DNA from: an uncultured Acidobacteriota bacterium
GTDB taxonomy: Bacteria > Acidobacteriota > Blastocatellia > Pyrinomonadales > Pyrinomonadaceae
Assembly (NCBI GenBank): GCA_963766895.1
Contig: CAVYCB010000011.1
Coordinates: forward strand, 24,333 to 88,332
Reading direction: 5' to 3'
DNA length: 64,000 bases
The position numbers were made by a program, and so were the translations under genes. The notes beneath the pieces were generated by a model that did not search any database, was not told the DNA's origin, and saw only the letters and a list, made by a program, of their open reading frames with translations. This document shows positions 59,217 to 64,000 of the stretch, piece after piece; positions within the stretch are counted from its first letter, which is position 1, and each line of letters opens with the position of its first letter.

Positions 59217-59562
59217 TTTGTTTTGCTGTTTTGACGATCGACGTCAGTATTTTTATCAACTCCACGCAATCTGCATTGATCGATTCATACTCTTTATCGC
59301 CGAGAAATTCCCCTTCATGCAAGATCATTAACCAAAACTCTGTTTCTAAGGCCCTCTTCATTGCAACATGCATCTCGGCACCAAAGAACTGCCGAGACTC
59401 CGCATTTACCGCTTCTTTGGCATGCTTGGCGACGTAAGTTCCTGAGAGAAGAAGCTGCTTACTCAGCACGTACTCTTTCTTTTCTTCAGATAAATACTTG
59501 TAAAGTTTAACTGTCCGTAAGGCAAACTTTATTGCCTTTTCCAGAACTATGCTTTTGCTCAT
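59209..59562 (-). CDS. four-helix-bundle protein, second copy
   Basis: 117 aa with AIKFALRTVKLYKYL...LSKQLLLSGTYVAKHAKEA...ETEFWLMIL. Its stop overlaps the crotonase start by 8 nt. Confidence 0.7.
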   Translation of the reverse strand: MSKSIVLEKAIKFALRTVKLYKYLSEEKKEYVLSKQLLLSGTYVAKHAKEAVNAESRQFFGAEMHVAMKRALETEFWLMILHEGEFLGDKEYESINADCVELIKILTSIVKTAKQNV

Positions 59563-59571
59563 ATCTGTGGA

Positions 59572-59641
59572 AGTTAGTTAATAGTTCACAGTTAATAGTG
59601 AACAGTTTCGACTATTACTATTAACTATCAACTATTAACTG
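59572..59641. repeat. palindromic array of AGTTAATAGT decamers
   Basis: agttagttaatagttcacagttaatagtgaacag ... actattactattaactatcaactattaactg, immediately upstream of the second four-helix-bundle gene. Confidence 0.8.
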
Positions 59642-59658
59642 TTTTTCAAAAGTTATAC

Positions 59659-61914
59659 TTAATACATCTTTGCCGCTTTATCAATTTCCGCGGCAAAATT
59701 TTCGATGATTCGCGACACTATCGAAATTTGCTCTGCCGCTTCTTTCCAATCGCGCTGTTCGATGGCTTCGCGCACGGCCGGCAGAGTTTTCACGCCGTAG
59801 CCGGTATAAAATCCGGGCGCGTAGATTTGATGCTTGAACCAATCGCGGCGCGGCAAACCTTCGTTCCGTCAAAGTCGCGTTCGGCCTTAAAAAGCATTTC
59901 GTCCAGACTCTTTTGCGCCGACGGCAGAAATCTGTTTGCGTTTGCCGTCTTTGATAATTTCGCGCGCTTTCGTTTAGTTTTGCCAAGGCATTTTGCAGCG
60001 GCGCAAAATTCAGAAAGGGAACGTTTTCTTTCTGTTTCGGCATGACGAAGTTTTCGTCGGGTCTTGCGCGGCCTGCAGCATTCCGTTCGAAATCATTTGA
60101 TTCATCGATCTTGGTTTCTTCGCGCATAGTGTCGGTCAAGCCTGGTCATTTCTCTCACGTATTGATTTAACGGTGTCGGCGAAATTCGTAAATTCAAACG
60201 GCAGAACATCGGCGTTTGCCAATCGCAAAGTCGCGTGGCCGCAAACTTTGGCCAGCGCGATGCCGTAAGCGAAATTCGGGTCGCCGAATCGCGTGTAATG
60301 GTCGAACGAATCGTAAATCGAATGATACGAGCCGCCGCCGTCTTCGCCGCCAAAACCGATATTGAGCGAGGCGATGCCGAGATGCTGCAGAAACGGCGTG
60401 TAATCCGAACCCGAACCGAGCGCGTCGATCCGCAGATCGCTGCGTTCCATCGCTTCTCTCTTTTCGGCCGGCGAACCGTTGACCGCTTGCTGCGCCCGGG
60501 CGCGCTCCCAGACGGTCATTTTCGTCTGCGGGTCGGAAATATCGCGCCCTACTTCATTGATGAATTTTTCGAGCGTGTGCGAACCGCCGATGCCTAAGAA
60601 ACCGCGCCCGTTCGAATCGGTATTGATATAAACGGCGGCTTTTTGTTGCAGCTCGTCGGCGTGCAGTTTCAACCCATTCGGTCGAGCCGAGCAGTCCCGG
60701 TTCTTCGCCGTCCCAGGCAGCGATAAACAATCGTGCGTTTCGGTTTCCAGCCGGTTTTCGCCAGCTCGCCGATCGACTCGCGCTTCTTCCATCAGCGCGA
60801 CCATGTCCGCTGATCGGGTCGTCCGCGCCGTTGACCCACGCGTCGTGATGATTGCCGCGAATGATCCATTGGTCGGGCAGCTCGCTGCCCTGCATTTTGG
60901 CGATGACGTCATAGAGCGGGTTTGATGTCCCAGTTAAAATCGAGTTTGAAATGAACGGTCGGCGTCGTTGCCGCCGAAGTGATAAGTCATCGGCAACGCG
61001 CCGCGCCAGTCCTTCCGGCACAACCGCGCCGTCGAGATTTCTCAAAAGCGGCAGCGCATCGGCATAAGAAATCGGCAGCACGGGAATTTTCGTCAGAGTC
61101 GGCGCGTCTTTGATCGCTCAAGCCGTTTCGCGTCTTTTGTCGAGCCGACATCCGGCGTCAAAGGATCGCCGGGAAACAGCGGCATATCCGCGACCGAGCC
61201 GCGCTGCACGCCGTTCTCGTTGCGCCACGCGCCTTTCGGATAAACGTCGCCCTGATAATAACCGTCGTTGCGCGGATCGGAATAAATCAGACAGCCGACC
61301 GCGCCGTGTTCGGCCGCGACTTTCGGCTTGATGCCGCGCCACGAACCGCCATAACGCGCGATGACGATTTTGCCTTTCACGTCGATGCCGCGTTTTTCCA
61401 GTTCTTCATAGTCCGCCGGAATCGCCGTAATTTACATAAACCAGCGGCGCGGTCACATCGCCGTCAATCGAATAGGCGTTATAAGTCGGCAAGTTGCTCG
61501 CTTTGCTGAGTCGGTGGTCGCGTCTTCTTTCAATTCCGGCTCGCCGAGTTTGGCGGTGAATTTTTCCGGCGCGGTCATTTCTACAAGGCGCGTTTTCGGC
61601 GTCGGAAACAAAACGTCGAACTGCTCGATCTGCGTGTCAAAACCCCACGATTTGAACTGCGCGGCGATAAATTCGGCGTTCTCTTTGCCGTAAGGCGAGC
61701 CGACGTGATGCGGGCGCGCCGAAAGCCGCTTCATCCAATTGCGCAGGTTTTCCGCTTTTAGCGCCGCATCGAATTTATTTTCAAGGCCTCGCTGCTTTTG
61801 AACATTTTCGGCAGCAAAGCCGAGGATAGGTTCAGCGCTCTTCACGATGGATTGTGAAAAAACCGTACCCGCCAATAAGAACGTGAGAAAAAATTTCAAG
61901 ATAGAATTACGCAT
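59659..61914 (-). pseudogene. M28-family peptidase of the PA-domain / transferrin-receptor-like (glutamate carboxypeptidase II-like) type, at least 6 frame disruptions
   Basis: The pieces are a signal peptide plus N-terminus (61453..61914), a PA domain (KGKIVIARYGGSWRGIKPKVAAEHGAVGCLIYSDP), an M28 core (AVYINTDSNGRG..., DALGSGSDYTPFLQHLGIASLN, GGSYHSIYDSFDHY) and a dimerisation-domain C-terminus (59659..59856). Confidence 0.8.
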
Positions 61915-61968
61915 AAGATACCTTATTCAAAATTTGAAAAACCACCTGGTTCCGCTTACCGATATTTC

Positions 61969-63306
61969 TTAATCCGGATCGTATTTGTTAGCTTCCGGAA
62001 ACAGCTTGCCTGCCTCTTCCCCGCTGATATTTCCACCGAGAGATTGCACGGCTTTTGCCAGGAGCGGATCTTTCTTCTCCGCTAAGTCTTTTGCGGTCAT
62101 AAGCATCAAGAGATCGGGCTGTACGCCTACTTTTTCCAAACTTTTCCCGTCCGTCATGATCAAGTCCGCGATCGTGATGCTCGAACCGAAATAAACGATC
62201 CGGTCCGCGCCCACGTGGTGGCCAAAGTACCGCGATTCCATCACCGCTCCCATCGATTTATCGCCGATGACCGTGCCGCGCTTTTGCAATTGAACGATTT
62301 TTGCAAAAACTTCCGCGGCAGAAGCCGAAGCGCTGTCGATCAATACGACCAGTTTTCCTTTAAACGCTTCTTTGCCCCGTCCCTCGCCGATCACCTCTTC
62401 GGTTTCTTTACGTTTCTTTTCATCGCCGATCTTTACGTCTTCGACAAAGAAACTACCGGCCAGGCGCTTGAGCATATCAACCCTGCCGCCGCCGTTACCG
62501 CGCAGGTCCAGAACAAGGGCGTCGTATTTCTTTACGCGGTTCATTATGTCATCTACTTTAACCGGGTCCAGCGCAAAAGATGGCATTTTCCAAATAAATA
62601 CCCCGGGTATCTTGTCGTAATAATATTGCTTTTGGCTTTTTCGATATGCGTCTTCGGATTTTCTCCGGGCCTCGTGCATTTCCTGGCCGCCGGGCAGGCT
62701 AAAATCCACCAATGATGTTCCCTTTTTTATTTTTGCGGCGAATTCGTAAGCCACTTCTTTGCCATCGGGCTTGATAACATTCAGCTTCAAACCGGCCCGC
62801 GGGCGCAGGGTATAAAACGCATATCTAAGTTTCCAGAGATTTTCCCGCGACGGTGCAAAGCCTTCAAAGGTCACTATCTGATCACCGATCTGCAGCCCCT
62901 TCTTGCTGGCATCGCTTTCTTCATCAAGCTGGTGGATCAGGCATTTATCGCCCGACATAAAAAATTCGAAACCGTAGATGACCTCGTTAACTTTACCGGG
63001 CGGGCTGAAAAAAAGATGTGAGTCGTCAAAATCAAGCAGAAATTGCGCGATGATTCCACTCATCTGGCCGATCGTTTCCGCTTTGTTTATTTTCTCGACC
63101 GCCGTTTTATACTTTGCTTCAATATCGATCCCCTTCAAATTCGGGTCATAATAATTATTTTTGACATCATTTTGAATGGAACCGAGCATCTCCCGATGCC
63201 TCTCACGCTCGTATTTAACATCCTGGGCAAGACCCGTTGAAAACAGGCCGACGATAACGGTCAGACATAATGAAATACTCAATCTCATAGATACATCCTT
63301 ATGCAT
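61969..63306 (-). CDS. S41-family (tail-specific-like) peptidase with PDZ-like segment
   Basis: LDLRGNGGG and LVVLIDSASASAAEVFAK motifs plus a signal peptide. Confidence 0.8.
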   Translation of the reverse strand: MHKDVSMRLSISLCLTVIVGLFSTGLAQDVKYERERHREMLGSIQNDVKNNYYDPNLKGIDIEAKYKTAVEKINKAETIGQMSGIIAQFLLDFDDSHLFFSPPGKVNEVIYGFEFFMSGDKCLIHQLDEESDASKKGLQIGDQIVTFEGFAPSRENLWKLRYAFYTLRPRAGLKLNVIKPDGKEVAYEFAAKIKKGTSLVDFSLPGGQEMHEARRKSEDAYRKSQKQYYYDKIPGVFIWKMPSFALDPVKVDDIMNRVKKYDALVLDLRGNGGGRVDMLKRLAGSFFVEDVKIGDEKKRKETEEVIGEGRGKEAFKGKLVVLIDSASASAAEVFAKIVQLQKRGTVIGDKSMGAVMESRYFGHHVGADRIVYFGSSITIADLIMTDGKSLEKVGVQPDLLMLMTAKDLAEKKDPLLAKAVQSLGGNISGEEAGKLFPEANKYDPD

Positions 63307-63336
63307 TATTTATAGCGACGAAAGTCTGAAAAAACT

Positions 63337-63678
63337 TTAACGGGGCAGTAATTCCGCTTCGGATTCCGAAAGTTCGATCTCCATTCGCAGCAGCCCGGTC
63401 GAAAACGTTTTGCCTTGCGCGTCGGTCATCAGGCTCAGGGTACCGCCGCCGCCAAGCGAGCCGTGAAGAAGAAAGTTAAGCGCTTTTAGATTGGGAAGCT
63501 CAAAGCGCTCGACATCGCCTTTTACCATTTCGCCAAAATGTTTTTTGACGCTTTCGGCCGTTACTTCGCGCAGCAAAAGCGGGTAATATTCGTCTTTCAA
63601 AGCAATCAGGCCGACATTGGCGGTATCACCTTTGTCACCCGAACGCGCGTGAGCGAGTTTTAATAATCCTATCTTCAT
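63337..63678 (-). CDS. stand-alone AtuA-C-terminal-like domain protein (RSGDKG motif)
   Basis: LAHARSGDKGDTANVGLIA...LPNLKALNFLLHGSLGGGGTLSLMTDAQGK resembles the C-terminal domain of AtuA/DUF1446 proteins as I remember it. Confidence 0.5.
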   Translation of the reverse strand: MKIGLLKLAHARSGDKGDTANVGLIALKDEYYPLLLREVTAESVKKHFGEMVKGDVERFELPNLKALNFLLHGSLGGGGTLSLMTDAQGKTFSTGLLRMEIELSESEAELLPR

Positions 63679-63679
63679 A

Positions 63680-64000
63680 TTAATTCACAGTTCGAAAATG
63701 ATTGATGAATTTAGCCAACCAAAAAATAACCGCCAAAATAAAAATTACAACTACCGACCATATTCCCACGGCATCCAAATTTTCCTGCCGCAGATTCGCG
63801 CGAAACACCAACTGGTTGACGACGATAAAAAGCGCGAACAGCAGCACCGCGAACCATTCGAAGTAATGCCGAAACACGGTAAAAGTTTCCGCGCGTCTTC
63901 CCGGCGCCAGCCAATACTTTTTGTTCGGCAGGTTCATCATCGAGCCCGGCATTTTTTCTATCCAGCGCGGAACAAGCGTGAATTCGGACACCAGTATCAA
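63680..64000 (-). CDS. hypothetical membrane protein, C-terminal part (the gene continues beyond the window)
   Basis: The frame is open to the window edge, with two hydrophobic helices. The stop is 2 nt upstream of the next gene's start. Confidence 0.5.
   Translation of the reverse strand: MILVSEFTLVPRWIEKMPGSMMNLPNKKYWLAPGRRAETFTVFRHYFEWFAVLLFALFIVVNQLVFRANLRQENLDAVGIWSVVVIFILAVIFWLAKFINHFRTVN

Noticed and set aside
53550-59562. Diversity-generating retroelement, because four-helix-bundle proteins are Avd-like
   Set aside because: There is no reverse transcriptase ORF and no template/variable repeat pair anywhere in the window.

Overview
This window looks like an ordinary chromosomal region, probably from an Acidobacteriota-like genome. 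That guess rests on gene content (DUF1800/DUF1501 pairs) and on the style of the many hairpin repeats, and I could not verify it. Most genes are housekeeping or envelope genes:
- Translation and nucleoid: rpsA with an IHF-like gene, rpsU, tRNA-Pro(CGG).
- Core metabolism and repair: the surE-pcm pair, malic enzyme, phosphoglucomutase, uracil-DNA glycosylase.
- Motility and Fe-S assembly: pilT, plus IscA, Mrp and YgfZ-like genes.
- Signalling: an OmpR-type two-component system and a membrane PAS-GGDEF-EAL protein.
- Acyl-CoA metabolism: a split B12 acyl-CoA mutase and two crotonases.
- Peptidases: NlpC/P60, S41 and M28.

I found no CRISPR array, prophage, integrase, transposase, or clear multi-gene defence or biosynthetic island. 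No single locus stands out as a convincing new system, so I give ranked leads instead.

Three things stand out:
1. About fifteen otherwise well-conserved genes are broken by roughly forty indels or in-frame stops (my hand count). The breaks cluster in three blocks, while long neighbouring genes are intact. This points to a patchy consensus-quality problem rather than gene decay, but it needs read-level checking.
2. The intergenic space holds at least eight families of palindromic REP/MITE-like repeats.
3. There are several locus-level leads:
- a tetraether-synthase-like (MJ0619/COG1964-type) radical SAM gene;
- an acyl-CoA mutase with isobutyryl-CoA-mutase signature residues, whose two subunit genes are separated by a four-helix-bundle cassette bracketed by inverted repeats, an alkylglycerol-monooxygenase-like gene and a lipoprotein gene;
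- a tandemly duplicated DUF1800/DUF1501 cassette with a near-identical 98-nt junction;
- a hicA-hicB-hicB' module;
- an orphan RepA-like ATPase beside an iteron-like array;
- a membrane-anchored cPLA2/patatin-like lipase;
- a thioredoxin-fold gene translationally coupled to the GGDEF-EAL sensor.

All family assignments come from motif recognition by eye. No database search was run.
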